From IMG/VR virus record IMGVR_UViG_2671181019_000008: DNA of 13,647 nucleotides. One strand, given 5' to 3'. Origin of the DNA: a virus (taxonomy: Duplodnaviria > Heunggongvirae > Uroviricota > Caudoviricetes). The notes beneath the pieces are model-generated. The model searched no databases. It saw nothing but the letters and a program-made list of their open reading frames with translations, and was not told the origin of the DNA. This document shows positions 6,798 to 13,647 of this stretch, piece by piece; within the stretch, counting starts at the first letter, position 1, and every line of letters begins with the position of its first letter. The position numbers and the translations under genes are program-made.

Positions 6798-7172
6798 ATG
6801 CTCATAGATTTGGTTTTACCTTACCCGCCGACGGTGAACACTTACTGGCGACGCCGTGGCAGCACATATTTTATCTCGGAGGAGGGAAAGCGTTATCGCC
6901 GGGCTGTGGCGCTTATTGTTCGCCAGCAGCGGCTGAAATTAAGCCTGTCCGGAAGGCTGGCGATAAAGGTGATTGCAGAGCCACCGGATAAGCGTCGTCG
7001 CGACCTGGACAATATTCTGAAAGCACCACTGGATGCGCTGACGCATGCCGGACTTCTCATAGACGACGAGCAGTTTGATGAAATCAATATTGTGCGCGGT
7101 CAGCGCGTTCCTGGGGGGCGACTGGGCGTGAAGATTTACCCCATAATGCTTGAAGGGCAGGTCAAAAAATGA
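6798..7172 (+). CDS. rusA: RusA-type Holliday junction resolvase
   Basis: 124 aa; motifs TYWRRRG, RRRDLDNILKA, DAL, GGRL match the RusA family as recalled; SD AAGAGGTGA upstream. Confidence 0.85.
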   Translation: MLIDLVLPYPPTVNTYWRRRGSTYFISEEGKRYRRAVALIVRQQRLKLSLSGRLAIKVIAEPPDKRRRDLDNILKAPLDALTHAGLLIDDEQFDEINIVRGQRVPGGRLGVKIYPIMLEGQVKK

Positions 7173-7990
7173 AACTGGAAGATTTACCGAAATACTACTC
7201 CCCAAAATCCCCCGGCCTGACTGATGCATCGGCCTCAACGTCGAAAGATGCGCTGAGTATCACTGATGTGATGGCCGCGCAGGGCATGACACAGAATCGG
7301 GCTGAGATGGGGTTTTCTGCGTTCCTTGGGAAAATGGGCATCAGTATGAATGACAGGGCGCGGGCAACAGAATTACTGGCAGATTATGCACTCAGTCGGT
7401 GCGATCGTGTGGCGGCGTTGAGAAAACTTCCGGCAGAAATAAAACCGGTAGTGATGCGCATTATGGCTACGTATGCGTTTGAAGATTATGCCCGCAGTGC
7501 AGCGAGTAAAAAGCAGTGTCCTTGTTGCCGTGGGGAAAAATTTATTGAAAGCGAAGTTTTTACAAACAAGGTTCAGTATCCGGATGGTAAGCCGCCAGTA
7601 TGGGCAAAGTGCACAAAAGGCGTGTATCCGTCTTATTGGGAAGAATGGAAAAAAATCCGGGAGGTGGTGAAAGTTTCCTGTCCTGAATGTAAAGGGAAGG
7701 GAGAGATTTCCACTGCCTGTAAAGACTGCCGTGGGCGTGGTGTTGCCATTCATCGTGAAGAGTCAGAAAAACGGGGTATGCCTGTTATCAGGGACTGCCG
7801 GCGTTGTGGCGGTCGTGGCTATGAAAGACTGCCATCAACGGAGGCATTTAATGCCATACGCAAAGTGACGAGTGCTATCACGCTTGATACGTGGAAAAAA
7901 TCAGTGAAACGCTTTTACGATACGTTGGTGGTTCGGTTTGACATTGAAGAGGCATGGGCGGAGCGGCAGTTAAAGAGGGTAACGCGATAG
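7169..7990 (+). CDS. Q: Late-gene antiterminator Q-like protein (long, Cys-rich type)
   Basis: 273 aa; ATG overlaps the rusA stop (ATGA). Several CxxC pairs (CPCC, CPEC, CKDC, CRRC). Lies between rusA and the late promoter. Confidence 0.7.
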   Translation: MKLEDLPKYYSPKSPGLTDASASTSKDALSITDVMAAQGMTQNRAEMGFSAFLGKMGISMNDRARATELLADYALSRCDRVAALRKLPAEIKPVVMRIMATYAFEDYARSAASKKQCPCCRGEKFIESEVFTNKVQYPDGKPPVWAKCTKGVYPSYWEEWKKIREVVKVSCPECKGKGEISTACKDCRGRGVAIHREESEKRGMPVIRDCRRCGGRGYERLPSTEAFNAIRKVTSAITLDTWKKSVKRFYDTLVVRFDIEEAWAERQLKRVTR

Positions 7991-7995
7991 TATCG

Positions 7996-8035
7996 TTGAT
8001 TTTTCCCGAATCTGTGTTAAATTCGCCCTAACGAT
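7996..8035 (+). promoter_or_regulatory. Late promoter PR' with putative sigma-dependent pause element (qut region)
   Basis: -35 TTGATT (7996-8001), 16-bp spacer, -10 TAAATT (8018-8023), then 6 nt and AACGATGGG (8030-8038). Lambda PR' has TAAATT, 6 nt, AACGATGGG as I recall it. Confidence 0.5.
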
Positions 8036-8070
8036 GGGCGTTTTATGCCTGACGTTAGAGGAATTTTTAC

Positions 8071-8097
8071 AGCCCGCCTCCGAGTGGGCTTTTGTTG
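8071..8097 (+). terminator. tR'-like terminator ending a short PR' leader transcript
   Basis: AGCCCGC-ctccga-GTGGGCT stem (one G-U pair) followed by TTTTGTT, about 40-65 nt downstream of the inferred start. Confidence 0.45.
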
Positions 8098-8270
8098 ATC
8101 GTAAAAACAGTATGTATGGTATCTAACAATAGGTGATTCCTGCTTTGATGCAGGATGTGGATATGATACTGTATGTTTGTACACTATCAATATGATCAAA
8201 TAACCAGTAACCACTTTAAATGAATTGGTATTAAATTAGACTCTTCCCTACTTCATTTGGATAAGAGTTT

Positions 8271-9311
8271 ATGGTTTCTGAAACTGTAACGATTACGTTC
8301 TATAAAATTCAAAAATGTGGTTACTACCGTTACGGTGTTGTAAGCCCTGCATTTGGTGGTTGTGACGAGTTGCTCACAGATCTTGCTTTATGGGCAGAAG
8401 GGAAAAAACTCAAACAGACAAAGACATATGAAGCAAATGATGAGGTTTTACCTGCTTATCTTCTGGATATGAAACGTGCTGGTGACAATGTGGTTTTGTT
8501 GCTCTGGAATGAGGTTCCTTCTACAGATCAAAGTGTTCCATCGGTTCAGGAAGATACAGAATTTGGTACGGACCCAACAGTAATACTTAATTCAATCCAG
8601 AAGGGAAGTATTCCTGGTTTTGCTACTTACTTTTGGTTTATTCCATCCATGGATTTAGTGGCTAGCATCAAGTTTAACCATGCTTTGACGGGACAGAAGG
8701 CGATGCAATGCTATCTCTATCATTTTTTAAAACAGTCATCAAGCCACGTTGTGGCGGAAAGTGTGGAGAAGGAAGATGGCACGCATGAGGTGGTTATCAA
8801 GGGCTATAAAATTAACCCAACAGATGATGTGCTGCCAAAGAAAAAACACTATCCACAGTTCGTAGCTGGTTTAGTAAGAAATCCTGGTAAACATGAAGTT
8901 ATTAGGCAGAATGCTAATATTGTTTCTAAAATTGAAAAGGTTGTTGAACTTGATGTGTCAAAACCTGACGAGTTTAGCCTGTGGCAAAAACTATTGATTA
9001 ATATGAATATTAGCCATCCACAAACTGCAAATACCTCAACAAAAATTAGATATGAACTTTCTCCGAATGTTGATATTGATGACATCGAGGGGATGATTGA
9101 TGATTGGAATAAACATAGCGATACAAACTCTTGTGATTATGGTTTTGTATTTAAAGGAGATCCAACGACATATTGGCTCAGTCGTTCATTAGCACGAACC
9201 AAATTCCACTTGAATTTGGAGCGACAGGACGCCGAGTTTGTGTCCTCGGAATCTCTTCTTTCTGAACTTGTAGGCAAAAGGGAGCTCATATTACGCGAGG
9301 CGGGAATGTAG
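8271..9311 (+). CDS. Hypothetical soluble protein (346 aa), first gene of the AT-rich cargo pair
   Basis: Long ORF, clearly AT-rich by eye (first 60 nt about one-third G+C). No motif I can assign. Sits where Stx phages carry stx, between tR' and the holin. Confidence 0.65.
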   Translation: MVSETVTITFYKIQKCGYYRYGVVSPAFGGCDELLTDLALWAEGKKLKQTKTYEANDEVLPAYLLDMKRAGDNVVLLLWNEVPSTDQSVPSVQEDTEFGTDPTVILNSIQKGSIPGFATYFWFIPSMDLVASIKFNHALTGQKAMQCYLYHFLKQSSSHVVAESVEKEDGTHEVVIKGYKINPTDDVLPKKKHYPQFVAGLVRNPGKHEVIRQNANIVSKIEKVVELDVSKPDEFSLWQKLLINMNISHPQTANTSTKIRYELSPNVDIDDIEGMIDDWNKHSDTNSCDYGFVFKGDPTTYWLSRSLARTKFHLNLERQDAEFVSSESLLSELVGKRELILREAGM

Positions 9312-9821
9312 ATGAAAATCTTAGGTGGAATTTTTCTTATGGTCGTTCTGATTTTTTCTGCCTATTTTGGGAAGAATGTTCCCTTCTCATCCCAGTGGCC
9401 TCTTTATGAGGCCCTGCGAACTACAGCATCCATTATCTTTGCAGTTGTGGGAGCTTGGTTTGCGATAATCTATCCTGAACGATTAAAAAAATCATTTAGA
9501 GGTGGCAGTTCAGCGAGTGAATCTAATGGCAGTGGGATTACAAGGTTATTTACACCAATTGTACATTCTACTGCTATTTTAGCATCAGTTTTAATTATTG
9601 GCGTTGTTGCGCCATTAGTAAAACAGATACCGTTTTTTATAGATCACAAGGACATTTTTAGGGGCGCGTCATATGCCATTTTGGTTTTTTTAACTTTATG
9701 GCAACTGTTGACAGTAATTTATAGTCTCATTGGTCCTGATATGGTTAAAAGACATAACTCGTTCCAAGAGAGAGAGAAAGATGCTGCTAATTCTATATTA
9801 CCTGTCAATAAACGCAAATAA
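9312..9821 (+). CDS. Hypothetical polytopic membrane protein (169 aa, about four TM helices)
   Basis: ATG 9312 abuts the TAG of the preceding gene. Four hydrophobic segments: ILGGIFLMVVLIFSAYF, ASIIFAVVGAWFAIIY, AILASVLIIGVVAPL, ASYAILVFLTLWQLLTVIYSLI. Confidence 0.65.
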   Translation: MKILGGIFLMVVLIFSAYFGKNVPFSSQWPLYEALRTTASIIFAVVGAWFAIIYPERLKKSFRGGSSASESNGSGITRLFTPIVHSTAILASVLIIGVVAPLVKQIPFFIDHKDIFRGASYAILVFLTLWQLLTVIYSLIGPDMVKRHNSFQEREKDAANSILPVNKRK

Positions 9822-9916
9822 CATTTAAGTTAGTAAATTCGTTTCTTGAGTCGAGTCGCCATGTTGATGGTTTTTTATTTATTATAACGAATAACGGGTT
9901 CTTTTGATCATTTTAT

Positions 9917-9939
9917 CCGCCGTACTAGGCGGTTTTTTT
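9917..9939 (+). terminator. Rho-independent terminator downstream of the AT-rich pair
   Basis: CCGCC-gtacta-GGCGG followed by T7. Confidence 0.6.
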
Positions 9940-10133
9940 ATTCAGAATTTTGTTTCTTTATGGCTCGCTACGGCGGGCCTTTTTCATATCCGCGCCACGT
10001 CCGGCGTACATCGCATCAGATAACACCACACAAAAGGCATCTGCGGGTGTCTTTGACGGGGTGTTTTTTACGGGCCGCTGGTGGCCATTTTTTGTTTCCA
10101 TTACACAGCGCCCGCATCTGCGAGGTGGGGGTT

Positions 10134-10349
10134 ATGAAATCCATGGATAAGTTAACAACAGGTGTCGCCTATGGCACCTCCGCAGGCAGTGCTGGCTACT
10201 GGTTTTTACAGTTGCTCGATAGAGTCACGCCCTCACAGTGGGCAGCAATAGGTGTGCTGGGTAGTCTGGTGTTTGGCCTGTTGACGTATCTGACAAATCT
10301 TTATTTCAAGATTAAAGAAGATAAGCGTAAGGCTGCACGGGGAGAGTAA
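10134..10349 (+). CDS. S: Class II holin (pinholin), S21/EssQ-like, with dual-start motif
   Basis: [29 protein letters not shown]...[11 protein letters not shown] closely matches phage 21 S21 as recalled. M-K-S-M gives the antiholin/holin dual start. SD GAGGTGGGGG. The track ORF 9960-10349 N-terminal extension is rejected. Confidence 0.85.
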   Translation: MKSMDKLTTGVAYGTSAGSAGYWFLQLLDRVTPSQWAAIGVLGSLVFGLLTYLTNLYFKIKEDKRKAARGE

Positions 10350-10353
10350 TTCA

Positions 10354-10698
10354 ATGACTCAAAACTATGAACTGATTGTGAAAGGGATCCGCAATTTTGA
10401 GAATAAAGTTACGGTAACTTTAGCGTTACGGGACAAAAAACGCTTTGACGGTGAAATTTTAGACCTGGACATCTCGCTGGACCGTGTTGAAGGTGCCGCG
10501 CTGGAGTTTTATGAGGCAGCAGCCAGAAGGAGCATCAGACAGGTCTTCCTGGATGTTGCTGCCGGGTTATGTGAAGGGGATGAGCAGTCGCCGGAAAAGC
10601 GCCCCGTAATTTTAGAGGCGCAGGATGTGTTGATAACCTACAGAGGAAAACTACCGGGAATAATTACGGGTTCTCTGAAGAGTCCGCCGAAATGGTAA
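10354..10698 (+). CDS. Hypothetical protein between holin and endolysin (YdfR/DUF1327-like by position)
   Basis: 114-aa ORF occupying the holin-endolysin gap, where Qin carries ydfR as I recall the gene order; family assignment is by position, not sequence. Confidence 0.5.
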   Translation: MTQNYELIVKGIRNFENKVTVTLALRDKKRFDGEILDLDISLDRVEGAALEFYEAAARRSIRQVFLDVAAGLCEGDEQSPEKRPVILEAQDVLITYRGKLPGIITGSLKSPPKW

Positions 10699-10936
10699 TT
10701 TTACCAGCATATTTTTCATCCAGTAATACAGCAAGCCGCCTGAAAGAGTCTTGTTGTTCCTGAGACCATTTGGGATTGCATGATTCAAACTGGATTGATG
10801 CCAGCGTTGATTGCATCTGTTCCCTTGGAATTGAGAATGCCAGATATGAGAAGGCGACGGTAAGGGTATTCACGTCTTCCCGAAGCCTGGAAATGCTGTC
10901 GAGCAACTCCTGTAGAGAAATGGTGTTATTGTCCAT
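10664..10936 (-). CDS. Hypothetical protein (90 aa) antisense within the lysis cassette
   Basis: Minus-strand ORF with SD GAGGA about 8 nt upstream of its ATG; its 3' end overlaps the 3' end of the + strand gene by 35 nt. Competes with + strand track ORF 10770-10976. Confidence 0.35.
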   Translation of the reverse strand: MDNNTISLQELLDSISRLREDVNTLTVAFSYLAFSIPREQMQSTLASIQFESCNPKWSQEQQDSFRRLAVLLDEKYAGKITISADSSENP

Positions 10937-11041
10937 AAATAATCCTCATGATTGTATTGACCTGTTAGCAGCCTGAGGCAACAGGCTGGAACTGATAAAC
11001 ATATCCAGGGCTCAGAAACCGATAAATCCTGATAAATATCC

Positions 11042-11575
11042 ATGAACGCAAAAATCAGATACGGCCTGTCGGCTGCCGTTCTGGCGCTGATTGCCGCTGG
11101 TGCGCCTGCGCCTGACATTCTCGACCAGTTTCTGGATGAAAAGGAAGGTAACCACACCACGGCATACCGTGATGGCGCGGGTATCTGGACCATCTGCCGC
11201 GGTGCCATCCTGGTGGATGGCAAACCTGTCGTTCCGGGCATGAAGTTGTCGAAGGAAAAATGCGACCGGGTTAACGCCATTGAGCGTGATAAGGCGCTGG
11301 CATGGGTGGAGAAAAACATCAAAGTGCCATTGAGCGAACCCCAGAAAGCGGGGATCGCGTCATTCTGTCCGTACAACATTGGTCCCGGTAAGTGTTTCCC
11401 GTCGACGTTTTACAGACGAATTAATGCAGGTGATCGCAGGGGAGCGTGTGAGGCGATTCGCTGGTGGATTAAGGACGGTGGCAGAGACTGCCGTATTCGT
11501 TCAAACAACTGCTACGGTCAGGTATCCCGTCGTGACCAGGAGAGCGCGCTGGCGTGCTGGGGTATCGACAGATAA
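11042..11575 (+). CDS. R: SAR endolysin (phage lysozyme, R21/RrrQ-like)
   Basis: N-terminal Gly/Ala-rich weakly hydrophobic segment GLSAAVLALIAAGA (signal-arrest-release type); catalytic region EKEGNHTTAYRDGAGIWTICRG with an E..D..T triad; matches E. coli RrrQ as recalled. Confidence 0.85.
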   Translation: MNAKIRYGLSAAVLALIAAGAPAPDILDQFLDEKEGNHTTAYRDGAGIWTICRGAILVDGKPVVPGMKLSKEKCDRVNAIERDKALAWVEKNIKVPLSEPQKAGIASFCPYNIGPGKCFPSTFYRRINAGDRRGACEAIRWWIKDGGRDCRIRSNNCYGQVSRRDQESALACWGIDR

Positions 11576-11665
11576 GCAGAATATTTTGCTGAAAAATGCG
11601 GTTTGCTTACACGGACGGATAACACGAAATCCTGCGAACTGACAAAAACTAAGTGAATAAAAGTA

Positions 11666-11700
11666 AAAACCCCGTTTGTTGGCTGCAAGCGGGGTTTTGT
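11666..11700. terminator. Terminator-like hairpin between endolysin and the small ORF/Rz
   Basis: ACCCCG (11669-11674) pairs with CGGGGT (11690-11695) around a 15-nt loop, flanked by an A-tract upstream and TTTTGTGTTT downstream (bidirectional-looking). Confidence 0.4.
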
Positions 11701-11734
11701 GTTTCCTGACTCTGGAAAAGTCAAAGGAGAAAGT

Positions 11735-11872
11735 GTGTTTGATTTTAGCAAACTGATTCGGGAGATTCGAGTGATGGCTGAAAAATTATCCACCTGGAAG
11801 TTCATTCTTATCTGGCTGGTGTTTGTGATTATGGCCTCCGGTTATTTCATCGGTCAGATACGCTGGTGGTGA
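11735..11872 (+). CDS. Possible 45-aa small membrane protein between endolysin and Rz (not in ORF track)
   Basis: GTG 11735 preceded by SD AAGGAG at 6-nt spacing (or ATG 11774 for 32 aa). Translation MFDFSKLIREIRVMAEKLSTWKFILIWLVFVIMASGYFIGQIRWW has a C-terminal TM helix. Stop TGA 11870-11872 lies 1 nt before the Rz ATG. Confidence 0.3.
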   Translation: MFDFSKLIREIRVMAEKLSTWKFILIWLVFVIMASGYFIGQIRWW

Positions 11873-11873
11873 A

Positions 11874-12341
11874 ATGAACCGCGTACTGTGCGTGGTCATC
11901 ATTGCCCTGCTGGTGGCCTGTGGTGCGCTTAGTCTGGGGCTGAATCATTACCGTGATAACGCCATAACCTACAAAGAGCAGCGCGATAAAAAAGTCAGTG
12001 AGCTGGAGCAGGCAAATGCAACCATTACTGATATGCAGCAGCGCCAGCGTGATGTTGCTGCACTTGATGCCAGATACTCGAGGGAATTAGCCGATGCGAG
12101 AGCTGAAAATGAAACTCTGCGCGCTGACGTTGCCGCTGGTCGTAAGCGCCTGCGGATCAACGCCACCTGCCCCGGTACCGTGCGTGAAGCCCCCACCACC
12201 TCCGGCGTGGATAATGCAACCGGCCCCCGACTGGCAGACACCGCTGAACGGGATTATTTCACTCTCAGAGAGCGGTTGATGCTGATGCAGAAGCAGCTGG
12301 AAGTGGCGCAGGAATATATCCGCACTCAGTGCCTGAAATAA
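11874..12341 (+). CDS. Rz: Rz inner-membrane spanin (i-spanin)
   Basis: 155 aa; N-terminal TM helix VLCVVIIALLVACGALSL followed by a coiled-coil-like charged region; follows the endolysin; contains an embedded +1-frame lipoprotein gene. Confidence 0.8.
   Translation: MNRVLCVVIIALLVACGALSLGLNHYRDNAITYKEQRDKKVSELEQANATITDMQQRQRDVAALDARYSRELADARAENETLRADVAAGRKRLRINATCPGTVREAPTTSGVDNATGPRLADTAERDYFTLRERLMLMQKQLEVAQEYIRTQCLK
12109..12279 (+). CDS. Rz1: Rz1 outer-membrane lipoprotein spanin (o-spanin), embedded in Rz
   Basis: MKLCALTLPLVVSAC has a lipobox (VSAC) followed by a Pro-rich mature region (PPAPVPCVKPPPPPAW); lies wholly inside Rz in another frame. Start taken at the second ATG of track ORF 12094-12279. 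Confidence 0.7.
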   Translation: MKLCALTLPLVVSACGSTPPAPVPCVKPPPPPAWIMQPAPDWQTPLNGIISLSESG

Positions 12342-12593
12342 GTTTTGCTGATGCGCGGTATTGTCGCCGTATCCCCGCATTAACAGAGACCGCAGCCCGA
12401 CCGGGAGACTCCTCTGCGCGAGTGTGCGGGGATAATCAAAAACGATACACACCGGGGTTTACCGCGTTAACGGAGCGCGGCGTTGTCCCCTCATAGTCGC
12501 CTGTCCGGTGCGATGGTGGAAGAAACTGGACTACATTAAAAATGATAACCATTATCATTTTGCGGGTCCTTTCCGGCGATCCGGGCCGTTACG

Positions 12594-12605
12594 GGGCGGC
12601 GACCT
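12594..12605. other. cosN cohesive-end site, GGGCGGCGACCT (lambda type)
   Basis: GGGTCCTTTCCGGCGATCCGGGCCGTTACG followed by GGGCGGCGACCTCGCGCGTTTTCACTATTTATGA matches the lambda right-end/left-end junction as recalled. Confidence 0.8.
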
Positions 12606-12643
12606 CGCGCGTTTTCACTATTTATGAGATTTTTTGAGGGGGT

Positions 12644-12791
12644 GGTTGTTGTTTAATTGTTTGGTATATCTAATTGATAAGTAAGGTGAAAATAAAATAA
12701 ATACAACAACCTTACGATGTGTTTTGATGTCGTCAATGCGAAAAATGTCAATGATATCAAATGGTTTTGCAAAAACACATGGTTGTTGTTT
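12644..12791. repeat. cosB-like region with three copies of a GGTTGTTGT element (candidate Nu1 R sites)
   Basis: GGTTGTTGTTT at 12644-12654 and 12781-12791 (direct); inverted copy ACAACAACC at 12703-12711. Lies between cosN and the Nu1 start. Confidence 0.5.
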
Positions 12792-12821
12792 CGCTTTTTA
12801 TCGATGACTTATGGAGAGGAG

Positions 12822-13328
12822 ATGGCCTTTTTATTGAATAAAAGTGATATGGCCTCCTCCATCGGTATCTCTGTTCAGGCATTTGATAAATGGGGCGTTC
12901 CTCCTGTTGAACGTCGGGGGAGGGAAGTTTTATATGACGTTAAAACTGTACTGGAGATAGATCGCGAGCGGCGACAACACAATCAGAGAACACCTGATGA
13001 CGGGGGAGAACTGGAGGAAAGGCTGCTTCGGGCCAGAGCTGAACTGACAGAAGAACAGGCTGTAGCTCAAAAACTTAAAAATCAGGTAACCGAAGGTAAG
13101 CTCATCGATTCAGACTTCTGCGTTTTCGCCCTCAGCAAACTGGCGATGGCATTGTCCAGTACGCTTGATTCCATTCCGTTATCCATGCAGCGACAGTTCC
13201 CGGATTTAACGCCACGTCATATTGACCATCTGAAAACCCTTATTGCAAAGGGCGCAAATCAGTGTGCGCGGGCAGGGGATAAATTACCGGATTTGCTGGA
13301 TGAATATATCAGAGCAACAACTGAATAA
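12822..13328 (+). CDS. nu1: Terminase small subunit Nu1
   Basis: Aligns with lambda Nu1 as recalled (EVLYD..., FCVFALSKLA..., LPLSMQRQFPDLTPRHIDHLK..., LLDEYI). ATG 12822 with SD GGAGAGGAG; the track ORF start at 12717 would run through cosB and is rejected. Confidence 0.85.
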   Translation: MAFLLNKSDMASSIGISVQAFDKWGVPPVERRGREVLYDVKTVLEIDRERRQHNQRTPDDGGELEERLLRARAELTEEQAVAQKLKNQVTEGKLIDSDFCVFALSKLAMALSSTLDSIPLSMQRQFPDLTPRHIDHLKTLIAKGANQCARAGDKLPDLLDEYIRATTE

Positions 13329-13647
13329 TATGATGGCCGCCGTTTCGGTTGCGCTGCAGCCTCTGGTCAGGGTTGTACCGATGACGGCAGTTGAATGGGC
13401 TGACCAGTATTATTATCTGCCGAAAGAATCCTCATACGGTGACGGCGAATGGAAAACGCTGCCGTTCCAGATCGCCATCATGAACAGTATGGGGAATGAT
13501 CAGATCCGCACTGTTAATCTGATTAAATCTGCCCGTGTTGGCTATACAAAGATGTTGCTGGGAGTCGCCGGGTATTTTATTGAGCATAAATCCCGAAACA
13601 GTCTGCTTTTTCAGCCCACGGATTCTGCCGCTGAAGATTTTATGAAG
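13300..13647 (+). CDS. A: Terminase large subunit A (5' part; continues beyond the window)
   Basis: Manual translation from ATG 13300 gives MNISEQQLNNMMAAVSVALQPLVRVVPMTAVEWADQYYYLPKESSYGDGEWKTLPFQIAIMNSMGNDQIRTVNLIKSARVGYTKMLLGV..., matching the lambda gpA N-terminus (MNIS..., TAVEWAD..YYLPKES, KSARVGYSKMLLGV). It overlaps the Nu1 3' end as in lambda. Confidence 0.85.
   Translation, partial: MNISEQQLNNMMAAVSVALQPLVRVVPMTAVEWADQYYYLPKESSYGDGEWKTLPFQIAIMNSMGNDQIRTVNLIKSARVGYTKMLLGVAGYFIEHKSRNSLLFQPTDSAAEDFMK

Larger units (their letters stand above)
1..13647. mobile_element. Internal segment of a lambdoid (Qin/phage-21-like) cos-type prophage: early/nin-like region, Q, late promoter, lysis cassette, cos, terminase
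   Basis: Collinear + strand order of Ren-like, RusA, Q-like, pinholin, SAR endolysin, Rz/Rz1, lambda-type cos, Nu1 and A genes. Neither prophage end (integrase, att) lies in the window. Confidence 0.85.

Noticed and set aside
6791-7238. Alternative-frame and minus-strand ORFs over rusA and the start of Q
   Set aside because: RusA and Q frames have family motifs and start coupling; these do not.
7373-7753. 126-aa minus-strand ORF and 65-aa + strand ORF inside Q
   Set aside because: Nested in the Q-like ORF; no independent support.
8017-8214. 65-aa minus-strand ORF in the Q-to-cargo intergenic region
   Set aside because: Overlaps the PR'/tR' elements and has no SD; the region is better explained as regulatory. 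I also looked for a tRNA here, as seen after Q in Stx phages, and found no cloverleaf or GTTCGA T-loop.
8849-9085. 78-aa minus-strand ORF inside the 346-aa cargo gene
   Set aside because: Antisense shadow in AT-rich coding sequence.
9960-10133. N-terminal extension of the holin ORF (129-aa version) and overlapping 66-aa ORF
   Set aside because: The holin family is about 70 aa and begins at the MKSM dual start with a strong SD; the extension covers the terminator and leader.
10770-10976. 68-aa + strand ORF between the YdfR-like gene and the endolysin
   Set aside because: Competes with the minus-strand 90-aa ORF, which has the better SD; neither is certain and only the minus-strand one is listed.
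10870-11379. 169-aa minus-strand ORF antisense to the endolysin
   Set aside because: Overlaps the confidently identified SAR endolysin; G+C-rich shadow frame.
11379-11805. 87-aa + strand and 95-aa minus-strand ORFs at the endolysin 3' end and intergenic region
   Set aside because: Alternative frame of the endolysin, or crossing the terminator-like hairpin; no start signals.
11969-12452. Minus-strand ORFs (90 and 121 aa) antisense to Rz/Rz1
   Set aside because: Rz and the embedded Rz1 already explain this DNA; the antisense frames lack signals.
12717-12821. Upstream extension of the Nu1 ORF
   Set aside because: It would be translated across the cosB repeats; homology to lambda Nu1 begins at ATG 12822, which has a strong SD.
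1-13647. CRISPR arrays, rRNA/tRNA genes, IS elements, integrase/att sites, stx or other known toxin cargo
   Set aside because: No regularly spaced repeat arrays, no tRNA-like structures, no transposase- or integrase-like ORFs, and no stx-like genes found by inspection.

Overview
This window is an internal segment of a lambdoid, cos-packaging prophage of the E. coli Qin / phage-21 type, read left to right on the + strand. It runs from the end of the replication module, through a chain of small translationally coupled early genes, a hok-family type I toxin, a DUF968 protein, RusA and a Q antiterminator, to the late promoter, a lysis cassette (dual-start pinholin, SAR endolysin, Rz/Rz1), a lambda-like cos site, Nu1 and the start of terminase A. 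Two cargo modules stand out as candidate undescribed systems. The first (3526-5383) is a two-gene operon with its own promoter, bracketed by an exact 23-bp duplication of a rho-independent terminator; it encodes an unknown 197-aa protein and a fused XRE-HTH / ImmA-IrrE-type HExxH metallopeptidase. The second (8271-9821) is an AT-rich, translationally coupled pair sitting between the late terminator tR' and the holin; it encodes a 346-aa soluble protein and a 169-aa four-helix membrane protein, an architecture like RexA/RexB. Protein identities rest on recalled similarity to lambda, phage 21 and E. coli K-12 prophage proteins; no database search was run and G+C differences were judged by eye, not computed.
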